DNA of 64,000 nucleotides from positions 56,124-120,123 of IMG/VR virus record IMGVR_UViG_3300017766_002493. One strand, given 5' to 3'. This DNA comes from a virus. The notes under the pieces were generated by a model that did not search any database, was not told where the DNA came from, and saw nothing but the letters and a program-made list of their open reading frames with translations. Within the stretch, counting starts at the first letter, position 1, and the number at the start of each line of letters is the position of its first letter. Positions 1-8,951 of this stretch are shown piece after piece. The position numbers and the translations under genes were made by a program.

Positions 1-139
1 CTTTACCATAACCCATTGCTTCTAGAAAGATGTCATTAACCCCTGTTATAATTCCAGTTAGGTCAAAGTATATTATAGCATTGCTTCTGTTTATTGCTTC
101 AAGCCTGCTTAATAACTCTTCTTTAGATAGGTTTTTCAT
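1..139 (-). CDS. PAS-domain protein, N-terminal part (runs off the window)
   Basis: Manual translation MKNLSKEELLSRLEAINRSNAIIYFDLTGIITGVNDIFLEAMGYGK matches the PAS-fold pattern (I-x-F-D-x-x-G-x-I...N..F...GY); starts just after the 146..691 stop. Confidence 0.7.
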   Translation of the reverse strand, partial: MKNLSKEELLSRLEAINRSNAIIYFDLTGIITGVNDIFLEAMGYGK

Positions 140-145
140 TTTTTA

Positions 146-691
146 TTAGAACTCTTTTAAAAGTGTATAAGTAAAAAACTTATTTTTTGTAGCTTTTCCT
201 GCAGCTAAAACTTTAGCAAAGTCTGCAGGATTATTTAAAACTTGGCAACCAGCTGACCACTTGTCTATAAGTTTAGAAGCAAACTTTTCATTAGCTCTAT
301 GGATATTTATACCAAACAAACCTCTGTCTATAGCAGCTGTTTCCTCAGCTTTGTCATCAAGGTTTTTATCACGGAATACATCAACAGGTTTAGCTTGACA
401 AAAAGCTTCATATTTACCTTGATGCATACCTATTTGCCAAGTATCTACATACTGATTAGCTTTAAGTAATGCTGCACCTTTTGGATTAAGCAAGTTCTTT
501 AACCAGTGTGTACCCGGGTTTGTAGTGCAAGTAAACCATTCTACTTTATCACCTGCTATAACACCAAACAAGTCATCAAACTGGTTTGGTAAATTAGCTG
601 TAGATCTTATCCCTACAAAGTGAAAGTCAAACCATCTGTAGTTGTGTTTTTGAAATTGAGCTTTAAGCTCTTCTATTGTGTATTTTTTCAT
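146..691 (-). CDS. Putative endolysin / L,D-transpeptidase (YkuD)-like cysteine peptidase
   Basis: GINIHRA...WSAGCQV resembles the H-x(14-17)-S-x-G-C catalytic motif; lies at the end of the late operon. Confidence 0.6.
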   Translation of the reverse strand: MKKYTIEELKAQFQKHNYRWFDFHFVGIRSTANLPNQFDDLFGVIAGDKVEWFTCTTNPGTHWLKNLLNPKGAALLKANQYVDTWQIGMHQGKYEAFCQAKPVDVFRDKNLDDKAEETAAIDRGLFGINIHRANEKFASKLIDKWSAGCQVLNNPADFAKVLAAGKATKNKFFTYTLLKEF

Positions 692-702
692 AGTTTAATA
701 TT

Positions 703-2295
703 TTATCTACTTACTTCTTCCCAGTCTAATGAAACATATGCTCCTAAAGTTCCTCCTGTAGCATCAATAGCCATTTCAATAACCAATTCAAAAGCAGTTC
801 CTGTAAAAGTATCTCTTTCTAATTGACTAGCAAATATTGCTTCTTTTAATATATTGATACTTGGAGAACCTTGATTAGATGAATTTACATATCCTTGTGC
901 TAATATTCTACCACCTGCAGCAGATGTACCTGTAAGGTTATATTCTACAGATGAATCTACTCCTGCTGAAACCCAAGACCCTCCTGTTGTTATAGCAGAT
1001 TGTACAATTCTCCATGCATAATTTTTACCATTACCTAATCCTAATAAAGATACCGCTGTAGTTATAATTATAGCATCTAATCTAGTAGACTTTAATCTAA
1101 TAGCTACCATTGGATAATAAGTTCCTGCTACAGCAAAAGTTTTTGGAGTAGTAATAGGTGTACCAACAGCTTGTTGAGCTCCTCTTAATTCATATCCTCC
1201 TTCAGATATTACTGTAGAGCATACTTGTTTTAGTGTGCTAGGATTTGCAGTTACTCCAGTGTTTGTAATCTCATATCTTAAAGGTAGAGATGCTGTAGTT
1301 ATATAGGTGGAAGTAATAAGATTAGCATGGTTGAATCTATGACAAAGTATAAATACTCCATCTATTACAAACCCTAATCTTACAGTTCCTTCACCTAACC
1401 ACTCAATATCCATAAATAGAATTTGAGCTTTGGTGATATCAAGTGTTACTCCAGATGGACCTGTTCCATCTAAAGTATCTACATTCCAAGAACTTTGATC
1501 AACAACAGTTTCTGTAAGAACACCGGTTACTAAACTTCTTTCAACAAAGCTTAAAGTGCTATTATTTAGTTGTAGATATAAACCATTTTCTGTACCAAAG
1601 TATCCTGCTCTTTGTCTTAAGTTTGTTTGAGCAGGTGCCATTACAAAAGTATCAAATACTAATAATGACTTACCTGGTTGATAAGAAAATACTTTATAGG
1701 TTTCTCTAAGTACTTCTGATCCACTAGTAGTATCTACATTTAGATTTACTAATCCCTCATTTGCACTAAATACAGCTGCTCCTCCACTTGCTGTTGATGT
1801 AGCCCACAGACCATTGTCTTTGTATCTATGAGAAGAATCAAATAATGTCAACGGTTCAGATACTCTCATTCTACCAAAAGCATCACTACTCATTGGAGCA
1901 GGTGTTACTGCTACATTGACTACTTGATCAGATGGTAATACTACGGGTGTACTAAGAGCAGATGGTTTTTGACCCAAGGTGTTTATCCTTGAAGTAAAAG
2001 TTGCATCAGCTAACCTAGTAGAAAGTAATACATCTAAATTATCTGTTTTACTTTTTATATTACCTAAAGTACTCAAGACTAAAGCTTGAGTAGCTTCTTG
2101 ATTAAGGTTGGGTAATATAAGATTGGTAGTATTTGTATTATCTTTTATATTGGTAAGTAACTCAATAACCTCTGCTAAAGATAACCCACTTGCTTCACAA
2201 CATTCCTGTATAGCAGCAAGTAGTTGAAGATTTCTTAATTGATAAGGAAAGTTATTACCTTTATTACCCTGGTCTTTGGTATTACCTAAACTCAT
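703..2295 (-). CDS. Virion structural/tail protein with beta-rich (lectin/concanavalin-like) C-terminal domain
   Basis: 530 aa, T/S/G/V-rich, SSDAFGRMRVSEPLTLFDS segment typical of phage structural proteins; late-operon context. Confidence 0.55.
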   Translation of the reverse strand: MSLGNTKDQGNKGNNFPYQLRNLQLLAAIQECCEASGLSLAEVIELLTNIKDNTNTTNLILPNLNQEATQALVLSTLGNIKSKTDNLDVLLSTRLADATFTSRINTLGQKPSALSTPVVLPSDQVVNVAVTPAPMSSDAFGRMRVSEPLTLFDSSHRYKDNGLWATSTASGGAAVFSANEGLVNLNVDTTSGSEVLRETYKVFSYQPGKSLLVFDTFVMAPAQTNLRQRAGYFGTENGLYLQLNNSTLSFVERSLVTGVLTETVVDQSSWNVDTLDGTGPSGVTLDITKAQILFMDIEWLGEGTVRLGFVIDGVFILCHRFNHANLITSTYITTASLPLRYEITNTGVTANPSTLKQVCSTVISEGGYELRGAQQAVGTPITTPKTFAVAGTYYPMVAIRLKSTRLDAIIITTAVSLLGLGNGKNYAWRIVQSAITTGGSWVSAGVDSSVEYNLTGTSAAGGRILAQGYVNSSNQGSPSINILKEAIFASQLERDTFTGTAFELVIEMAIDATGGTLGAYVSLDWEEVSR

Positions 2296-2519
2296 TATAG
2301 AGATTTTAATTTGTTAATTACATCTGTATCAGTCCATTGACCAATAGCATCATAAGCTTCACCTTCCCATAGAACAACTAGACCAATTTCATCAGTATAA
2401 GCTTCTACTCTTTTTTGCTCAGGTAAATCTTTTAGTTCTCTAATAGTAATTTCAGTTACTGTTACTTTAATTTCTTTAACAACAACTATTTCTTTTTGTG
2501 TTTCTAATGTTACTTTCAT
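2295..2519 (-). CDS. Small tail-fibre-associated protein
   Basis: 74 aa, coupled between fibre-like genes, LWEGEAYDAIGQWTDTDV. Confidence 0.5.
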   Translation of the reverse strand: MKVTLETQKEIVVVKEIKVTVTEITIRELKDLPEQKRVEAYTDEIGLVVLWEGEAYDAIGQWTDTDVINKLKSL

Positions 2520-2529
2520 TTTATTTATT

Positions 2530-3543
2530 TTAAGGTTTTCTTATTCCTTCTATTGCTCCAGTTGTTGAATTATAATATAAATAAGTAGATCCGTTTGAGG
2601 CACTTGCAAAAATAGTAGATTGTGCAAGAGCTCTAGTAGCAAATTCTGGTAAAGAATTATTACTAATAATAAATCTATTACTTTGTGGATTAGAGTTTCC
2701 AGCATTATAACCTAATGCTATAACATTAGTTGCATGACTATTACCACCAGCAAGTTGACCTATAAATATAGAATTACTAGAATTATATGCATTTTGTCCA
2801 GCTGAAAATCCTAAAAATATAGAATTATTAGCATTAGATGCATCTAATCCAGCATTTTCACCAATAAATGTAGAATTACTAGAATTAGATGCACCAATTC
2901 CAGCATTTTTACCAATAAAATTATAATTACTACTATTGTTTGCTAAACCTCCCGCTAGCCATCCTATAGCATTACTATATGTTGAATTTTCAGATCCAGT
3001 ATTAAATCCTATATAATTACAATATATAGCATTACTTTTTTGGTAGCCAGCGGATGAACCTATAAAGTTAGAATTACTAGAGTTAGTTGAATTTTGTCCC
3101 GCTTGAATACCTATAAAGTTAGAATTATTACAAGTACTAGATCCAAAACCTGCTTGGTGTCCTATAAAATTTGCATTATATGTAGTTGTTGATGAATTAA
3201 AATTAGCACCAGCTACATAACCCATCATAATAGAGTTGGTTGCTGTATTATTATAACCAGCATCTTCACCAAAAATAATAGAACGCCAAACACCATTAGT
3301 AGGTTTTGCTAAAGGAATTTTAGAATATAAAGTAGGTGCTGTTAGATCACCTGTTACTCCTATAGGACCAGCTACTTCACTAAGAGGTATAGCAAATGCT
3401 GGATAAGCATCATTAGCTGCTTTACTTTTTCTATTACCCGGTTGGTATACACCTACTTGTAGGTAACTATTATTAGGATCAATCTCTGCAGAAGTTACTA
3501 TTCTACCTTGAGTGATAAGTGTTTGTAAGATATAATTATCCAT
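2530..3543 (-). CDS. Tail fibre/adhesin with beta-roll (NS-x-FIG-x-x-AG) repeats
   Basis: About ten 16-17 aa repeats such as NSNFIGIQAGQNSTNSS, similar to trimeric adhesin head repeats. Confidence 0.7.
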   Translation of the reverse strand: MDNYILQTLITQGRIVTSAEIDPNNSYLQVGVYQPGNRKSKAANDAYPAFAIPLSEVAGPIGVTGDLTAPTLYSKIPLAKPTNGVWRSIIFGEDAGYNNTATNSIMMGYVAGANFNSSTTTYNANFIGHQAGFGSSTCNNSNFIGIQAGQNSTNSSNSNFIGSSAGYQKSNAIYCNYIGFNTGSENSTYSNAIGWLAGGLANNSSNYNFIGKNAGIGASNSSNSTFIGENAGLDASNANNSIFLGFSAGQNAYNSSNSIFIGQLAGGNSHATNVIALGYNAGNSNPQSNRFIISNNSLPEFATRALAQSTIFASASNGSTYLYYNSTTGAIEGIRKP

Positions 3544-3546
3544 AGC

Positions 3547-3669
3547 TTATTTGGATTTTTGTTTATCTCTTAATTCATTTAACTTTTTTATAGCTATCTC
3601 TAATTTTTTTTTATCTTTAATAATTGAAGATAATCTAGTATCTAGTTTATTTTTTGCTTTATCTGTCAT
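3547..3669 (-). CDS. Small basic hypothetical protein (40 aa)
   Basis: Manual translation MTDKAKNKLDTRLSSIIKDKKKLEIAIKKLNELRDKQKSK; fills the gap between co-oriented genes. Confidence 0.45.
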   Translation of the reverse strand: MTDKAKNKLDTRLSSIIKDKKKLEIAIKKLNELRDKQKSK

Positions 3670-3683
3670 GACTATAATTTTTA

Positions 3684-4085
3684 TTAGTTATACATTGTGA
3701 TTTCTAAAGTACCTTGTGCTAAGAAAGGATTTCCTAATAAATCATTAATAAATACTCCGCTTTCACTTGTAAATATTATTGCTGCATTAGGATCACCTAA
3801 AAATCCTAAAGGTATTGCTACAAAATTAACTTCATTTGCAGCAGTTGTATTAGCAAAAGTAATTTGTACTTTTTGATCTTCTGTAAAAATAGGTTTATTT
3901 GCAACTACATAGTATTCACCATCTCCACTATACTCATATGTAAATGCTACACCAGTATCATTATACAACTCAGTAGCAACAGGTGCATCAGTCCCAGACT
4001 GTGATAATTGTGCTACATATTTTTTTACAATTTTCTCACTAGCTTTTTGCCAGTTAAAGATTTTGGGTAAATTAAACTCTTTCAT
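3684..4085 (-). CDS. Hypothetical structural protein
   Basis: 133-aa ORF, KKYVAQLSQSGTDAP...G.Y pattern seen in fibre C-terminal-like domains. Confidence 0.5.
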   Translation of the reverse strand: MKEFNLPKIFNWQKASEKIVKKYVAQLSQSGTDAPVATELYNDTGVAFTYEYSGDGEYYVVANKPIFTEDQKVQITFANTTAANEVNFVAIPLGFLGDPNAAIIFTSESGVFINDLLGNPFLAQGTLEITMYN

Positions 4086-4102
4086 TGTTTTTATATTATT
4101 AA

Positions 4103-4849
4103 TTATATACTAAATTGTCTTACTGCGCGCACATAGATTGTGCTGTCCTTACTGCCGCTGCTGATATCCCCATTGGTAAAGCCGAAGCCCCACGCGCTGT
4201 CGTTGCCGCTCTCCGTACTACTCCAATAGTCACTAAATTCTAATTGAAAACCACCAGCAATTTCTAATCCTCTAGATACTTCTAACATATTACACCATAG
4301 TTTATTAAGTTCTTGTGCAGCAGGAAGATACCAATCATTTTTTCCACCATTGGTTGATGCTTCACATAAAAAAGCAGCACCAGATATAGCACCTGGTTGA
4401 GAAGTTATAATACTTTGATTTGAAGAACCATTCCATAAACTAGTAGCATTATTTGCAGTGTTATCAATATTACTCCAAACAGCTGGTCCTAAATTTTGCG
4501 TATCTACTACTAAATAATTTTGAGTATTACCTGTTAAATATCTATGGAATATAACTCCACCTTGTGCTGCAACATGTTGACCTATCTCATATTGAAATTG
4601 AGAAGAAGGTACAGCAACTAAAGGATCATCTATTGTACCAGTACCAGTAATAGTAACACCATCAGTAGTTACTTCTATTAAGTCTTTTGCTTTGATAGCA
4701 TAGATAGGGTACTTTGTAGATTTGAAACTATCAGTAGTATACTTATTAGTATACTTACCAATTATTAGATAATCTTCTTCTGGATCTACATTTGCAAGAT
4801 CAAGGATTCTTCCTTGTGCTTTGAGTGCATCAAAATTTACTACATCCAT
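4103..4849 (-). CDS. DUF1566/Lcl (CLec-fold) protein, probable DGR target
   Basis: DWYLPAAQEL...YWSSTE...AW...VRAVR C-terminal motif. Confidence 0.8.
   Translation of the reverse strand: MDVVNFDALKAQGRILDLANVDPEEDYLIIGKYTNKYTTDSFKSTKYPIYAIKAKDLIEVTTDGVTITGTGTIDDPLVAVPSSQFQYEIGQHVAAQGGVIFHRYLTGNTQNYLVVDTQNLGPAVWSNIDNTANNATSLWNGSSNQSIITSQPGAISGAAFLCEASTNGGKNDWYLPAAQELNKLWCNMLEVSRGLEIAGGFQLEFSDYWSSTESGNDSAWGFGFTNGDISSGSKDSTIYVRAVRQFSI
4120..4230 (-). other. Probable DGR variable region (VR)
   Basis: Abrupt GC-rich patch made of NNC/NNT codons (AGC GGC AAC GAC AGC ... AGC AGC GGC AGT AAG GAC AGC) in an otherwise AT-rich gene. Confidence 0.7.
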
Positions 4850-5039
4850 GATTTATAAAAATAAGTGTTTATTACAATATACAAAATAGTTCCTAAATAT
4901 ACAATAATAAAATCACAAAGACAAGAGCATATCCAACAATTCTTGCTGAGGAAACATATCCACGTTTAAGTACCATAGTATATATAATAAGATAAATATA
5001 AATAACACGGGTATAAAAGTAATAAATTATAATACCTAT

Positions 5040-5270
5040 CCCATAGCGGTTTAGAAAAAAAATTTTTCCTGGAAATTTTTGTGAACTAGAGAGTGTGATG
5101 GGGCGTCTATATTCGGCCCCCGCCACACTTCACCGGGGGGCCCTACCCCCGTCTTCGTGGTGGCTTGGTTCCGATTTGCGGGAATAAAATAAAAAGAATT
5201 CTTATGATGGAGAAGTGTGATGGGTCAGTGTGTCTTGGTGTGACTTCGTCACGTGTTGTCTATGTGTTGC
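5040..5270. other. GC-rich non-coding strand-switch region (possible genome terminus, packaging site or origin)
   Basis: G/C runs (CACCGGGGGGCCCTACCCCCG), A/T runs and a repeated AGTGTGATGGG, located between the divergent late and early gene blocks. Confidence 0.35.
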
Positions 5271-5621
5271 TTGTGTTCTACAAGTAGAACAAGCAACGAA
5301 GTATGTTTATATATAATATAGTATGTATGTGTATGTTGGAAAACAAGATAACCCCTTTTTTTATCTGTTGTTATATTCGCGATATAATAACTAATTGTAG
5401 GTCTAATTGAACCTTCGGTGCGTGAAGATACCAAATGCTTCACCCTTGCCATATGCTTGGCTCACGGTTGTTAGGAACAAGACAACCTCACAATTCGGGT
5501 CGCAACTGTTGAAAAGACCTGAGCCGAGACCCTACACCTTGTGTGTAGGGCAGGTTAATACAGTTTTTTATCAATTGATTAACCCCTTTTTTTCTTTACT
5601 AACCAATTAATAATTATAACT

Positions 5622-5801
5622 ATGAAAAGAAAAGGTTTGGGCTTCTTGCAAATGCCTGTGATTGAGCACATTGATAATGTTCAACCAAAGCAAACAGCAC
5701 CTGTTAAACGAGTTAAGGAAAAACTTGTATACACAGGTAAGTTGAATCTTCGTGTTAATAGTAACGGGACCATTGAGTGTCTTGATCAATTACCTGATTA
5801 A
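5622..5801 (+). CDS. Early hypothetical protein (59 aa)
   Basis: Manual translation MKRKGLGFLQMPVIEH...DQLPD; downstream of a motif copy and followed by a terminator. Confidence 0.6.
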   Translation: MKRKGLGFLQMPVIEHIDNVQPKQTAPVKRVKEKLVYTGKLNLRVNSNGTIECLDQLPD

Positions 5802-5814
5802 CAGATAATAAATT

Positions 5815-5841
5815 AGGGAACTCTTCGGGGTTCCCTTTTTA
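5815..5841 (+). terminator. Intrinsic terminator
   Basis: AGGGAACTC-TTCG-GGGTTCCCT followed by T run. Confidence 0.75.
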
Positions 5842-5851
5842 ATTTTTTATC

Positions 5852-5980
5852 ATGAAGATTATCAGAAGATACACAGCATTTGATGGAACACAAATGGTTG
5901 TGTATGAAGATAATACAGGTTATCAGAACACTGTTCCACTTTATATCTATAATAAACTAATTAAAAACAAATCAAAATGA
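5852..5980 (+). CDS. Small hypothetical protein (42 aa)
   Basis: MKIIRRYTAFDGTQMVVYEDNTGY...; stop overlaps the next ATG (ATGA). Confidence 0.5.
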   Translation: MKIIRRYTAFDGTQMVVYEDNTGYQNTVPLYIYNKLIKNKSK

Positions 5981-6192
5981 AAACAACAAAAGCAATCGCA
6001 GTTTGGTTTATTGCCTATATGGTAATATACCTTATCCTATCAGCAGTAGGATGTCTATTCTTTAAAGGTGATGGTCAACACTTCGCCTATTCGGAGATAG
6101 CAGGAGACAGAGCATGGTTCATGGTATATTCTTTATTCATTGGCTGGTGGGCAGCTAGTGTAATATCTATGGATTACTATGAGACAAAGTGA
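5977..6192 (+). CDS. Small two-TM membrane protein
   Basis: Two hydrophobic segments. Confidence 0.6.
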   Translation: MKTTKAIAVWFIAYMVIYLILSAVGCLFFKGDGQHFAYSEIAGDRAWFMVYSLFIGWWAASVISMDYYETK

Positions 6193-6299
6193 AATACCAA
6201 TTAATATAACACACTGCAAGTCAGTGTGTTATATTTGGTTTTTACTATCATCAACCACAAACCCCTTTTTTTATTAATAATCAATTAAATTAAACAACC

Positions 6300-6722
6300 A
6301 TGAAAACAATCAATGAAATTGCTTTGGCAACAAAATTCCCACAAGAAACAATCCCTTCACTTATAGAGATTGTAAATGCAACAGTAAATCCTACTGTAGC
6401 AATGGAAACATTATTAGGTATTTACACGGAACCTACCATTAGTCAAGTTAAAACAGATACAGATAAACTTTTATTCTTTATTAGTTATAACAAATGGGAT
6501 GACCGTGTTTCATATTACTATAATGATTATGATTCTAAGCATATTTATGTTAGCAAGGATACTGATTCAAACCTTATCAATGAAGATAATTATAAGGACT
6601 TTGAGGTTAAGTATAGTTCTAACAATTGCTACGGATTCCGTGTAAAACTATCTACTATGAAAAGATATGAAGGATATGAATCTCTTGAATCTTGGAATAG
6701 AAGACCTGATGCAGAAGTGTAA
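6300..6722 (+). CDS. Early hypothetical protein
   Basis: 140-aa ORF 40 nt after a motif copy. Confidence 0.7.
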   Translation: MKTINEIALATKFPQETIPSLIEIVNATVNPTVAMETLLGIYTEPTISQVKTDTDKLLFFISYNKWDDRVSYYYNDYDSKHIYVSKDTDSNLINEDNYKDFEVKYSSNNCYGFRVKLSTMKRYEGYESLESWNRRPDAEV

Positions 6723-6731
6723 ATGCTTAAT

Positions 6732-6758
6732 TAAGGGGAAGAGAAATCTTCCCTTTTT
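6732..6758 (+). terminator. Intrinsic terminator
   Basis: AAGGGGAAGA-GAAA-TCTTCCCTTTTT. Confidence 0.7.
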
Positions 6759-6820
6759 AACTTATTTAAAACAATTAATAACCCCTTTTTTTTACTATAA
6801 CCAATTAAAAACAAATAACT

Positions 6821-7192
6821 ATGGAAACAATTTTGTGCAACACAACAGCGAAAAATTTAAAAGCAATTGCTTTTGGCAGCCACGGTAGCATCGGTAATCA
6901 AAGAACCTTAAAATGCCGCTATCCTTACAGCGTAGCATTAGACATCTTAAACGGGCTATCTAATGATGACTTGAAAAAGATTTCTATTGCTGAGGGCAAA
7001 ACTACTACACAGGGAACAAGAATGATTTATTTAGCAATCATTGAAACCTTTGATAATAGTATTTGGCGATTCTTTGAAAATGCTAGAAGAAATGCATATG
7101 CTAATGAGCTTCGCAAACAAGCAGATAATATGATTACTCATGGAACTAAGAAGAATCATATAGATCTTATTATCTACAATTCTAATTATTAA
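6821..7192 (+). CDS. Early hypothetical protein
   Basis: 123-aa ORF 41 nt after a motif copy. Confidence 0.7.
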   Translation: METILCNTTAKNLKAIAFGSHGSIGNQRTLKCRYPYSVALDILNGLSNDDLKKISIAEGKTTTQGTRMIYLAIIETFDNSIWRFFENARRNAYANELRKQADNMITHGTKKNHIDLIIYNSNY

Positions 7193-7194
7193 CT

Positions 7195-7218
7195 AAGGGG
7201 GCAGCAATGCTCCCTTTT
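7195..7218 (+). terminator. Intrinsic terminator
   Basis: AAGGGGGCA-GCAA-TGCTCCCTTTT. Confidence 0.6.
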
Positions 7219-7230
7219 AAAATCTTAACA

Positions 7231-7431
7231 ATGACAACAACACTAACACCGGAGAAAGAAATCAAGGTTGCTTATATCAAGGATATAGACGACCTGGTAA
7301 AAAGATTATATGATAGGCACTTGATAACCAAAGAGTTTGATGAATTCTATGATTCAAGTTGTATGGATTTACATACTACAAGAGACCTATTATATAGAGA
7401 ATTGTTTAACAAAATTAATATTACACTATGA
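7231..7431 (+). CDS. Hypothetical protein
   Basis: Start more likely ATG 7231, because the upstream ATG lies inside the terminator. Confidence 0.55.
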   Translation: MTTTLTPEKEIKVAYIKDIDDLVKRLYDRHLITKEFDEFYDSSCMDLHTTRDLLYRELFNKINITL

Positions 7432-7580
7432 AAACAATCAAAGCGAGAAAAGAAATCTTATTTGTAATAGCATACTTTGCTTTAATGACAGCAGTGGCTT
7501 TACTATCATCCTCTTGTACAACTGCAACACACACAGCGAGTTTTAGAGTAGATGCTTGTCCTACTTGGGCGAAGAGATAA
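7428..7580 (+). CDS. Small putative lipoprotein (50 aa)
   Basis: MKTIKARKEILFVIAYFALMTAVALLSSSC: basic N-terminus, hydrophobic core, lipobox-like LSSSC. Confidence 0.55.
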   Translation: MKTIKARKEILFVIAYFALMTAVALLSSSCTTATHTASFRVDACPTWAKR

Positions 7581-7589
7581 TCGTGTTGA

Positions 7590-7623
7590 AAACAAGGTGC
7601 TAATCACACCTTGTTTTCTTTTT
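7590..7623 (+). terminator. Intrinsic terminator
   Basis: AAAACAAGGTG-CTAATCA-CACCTTGTTTT then T run. Confidence 0.65.
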
Positions 7624-7689
7624 ATTATTTTTTCAATTATTTAATAACCCCTTTTTTTAACAATATTAACCAATTAATTTTTATTTATT

Positions 7690-8088
7690 ATGAAAGCAAC
7701 ATTCAGAAACGAGACAAAAACAAAAGCAGGACAAATCCAGTACATCTATAATGTGCTTGATGCAACACCCGAAGAAATCGCGTTGTTAAAAGAGATTAAA
7801 GGAGAATATTATCGTGATGATAAAGTAACAGGTCAACCACTGATCTATACTTTCTTCTATCAAGGTAAAAATACTACCTTCTTAATCAGCAAGAACAACA
7901 AGATTTATGCAGATAATAGCGATATTATTCGTCTATCAAATCTTGCAGCCAATATCGGTGGTCTTGTTGGCGACAAACTAGCAGAGCAAATTGCTAGTAA
8001 ATTGTTGGGGGAAGAAACTAGCCGTGTTACCAATCACAGTAACAAGAGCGAACCCGAAGATAGCGGGGAAAACCTCAAAGGGTTGTAA
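7690..8088 (+). CDS. Early protein, paralogue of 8952..9356
   Basis: Shared R.DKVTG, KI..D..DI, G...A.Q.A..LLG motifs. Confidence 0.75.
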   Translation: MKATFRNETKTKAGQIQYIYNVLDATPEEIALLKEIKGEYYRDDKVTGQPLIYTFFYQGKNTTFLISKNNKIYADNSDIIRLSNLAANIGGLVGDKLAEQIASKLLGEETSRVTNHSNKSEPEDSGENLKGL

Positions 8089-8108
8089 TAACCCACAAGT
8101 AAAAAGAC

Positions 8109-8137
8109 GAAGCCCTAACGGGCTTCTTCTTTTTTTT
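8109..8137 (+). terminator. Intrinsic terminator
   Basis: GAAGCCC-TAAC-GGGCTTC then T-rich tract. Confidence 0.7.
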
Positions 8138-8302
8138 GCTAAACCCACAACGCAGAGCAAACCTTAAATACAATCTCTTATAACACCTGTCTATGCTACC
8201 CGTCCAACAAGACACAAGATACCAGTTACTTTTTACTATCATCTGCTTGTGTATGTTCACCCACTCGCTCTGAATCCTGGTAGAAAATTACTATATTTGC
8301 AT

Positions 8303-8605
8303 ATGAACAAGTCAAAAAGAAACTCACTCGCCGGCAAAAGCACAGGTAAGTCAGCCTCTGCTAAATACTTTGCATCTCACCCAGAAGCTAGAGCAAAGAA
8401 GAATGCATATAATAAAGCTTACCACTCTACAGAAGAGAGAAAGAACTACAGAGAAGAGCTTAATAAAATCAACCGTAGAAATAACAATAGTGGTTACGGG
8501 GATAATAAGGACTTATCACATACCCGCTCAGGTAAACTAGTACAAGAAAATCGCTCCAAAAACAGAGCACGTAACGGTAAAAGCGGTAAATCTTCTAAGA
8601 AATAA
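8303..8605 (+). CDS. Small basic HNH-like nucleic-acid-binding protein
   Basis: GDNKDLSHTRSGKLVQENRSKNRARN resembles a degenerate HNH of podoviruses; host-type TATATTTG element just upstream of ATG 8303. Confidence 0.55.
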   Translation: MNKSKRNSLAGKSTGKSASAKYFASHPEARAKKNAYNKAYHSTEERKNYREELNKINRRNNNSGYGDNKDLSHTRSGKLVQENRSKNRARNGKSGKSSKK

Positions 8606-8951
8606 CCCACTCTATTTGTTAACAACTGTTAATTTTGTTTAACCTTGTCTCGTAAAAAGCCGGGTTTTGACAATACAAAGTTAAACAAAACATCCACTCT
8701 ATCCTAGCTAACACCGATAAGTAGCTAAAGCACTTGAAGTTATTTAATCTCTTATAACCCCTTTTTTTTAGTTGTCGTAGAAATAGTAATAGGTGTCAAG
8801 CAGATAACGCAACAATGTGAAACTCAGCAACTTGCTGTAAATGAAGGCGTGCTAATCTCATATAACCCCTATTTTTAGAGATACGATAATTAGATACGCG
8901 GGATATCTAGTAGTAATTAAACAATCAAAAAACAACTAAAAACAAGTAATT

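Larger units (their letters stand above)
5350..8876 (+). promoter_or_regulatory. Seven copies of AACCCCT(5-9) motif upstream of early genes (putative phage early promoter)
   Basis: Copies at about 5350, 5581, 6260, 6780, 7646, 8756 and 8864; four lie 40-44 nt before an ATG and are followed by AA(C/T)CAATTAA. Confidence 0.65.

Noticed and set aside
4893-5610. ORFs 4893..5126, 5249..5452 and 5407..5610
   Set aside because: Atypical composition, weak starts, and overlap with regulatory or structured non-coding sequence
5350-8876. AACCCCT(n) copies as intrinsic terminators
   Set aside because: No upstream GGGGTT arm to form a stem, and separate true terminators are present nearby
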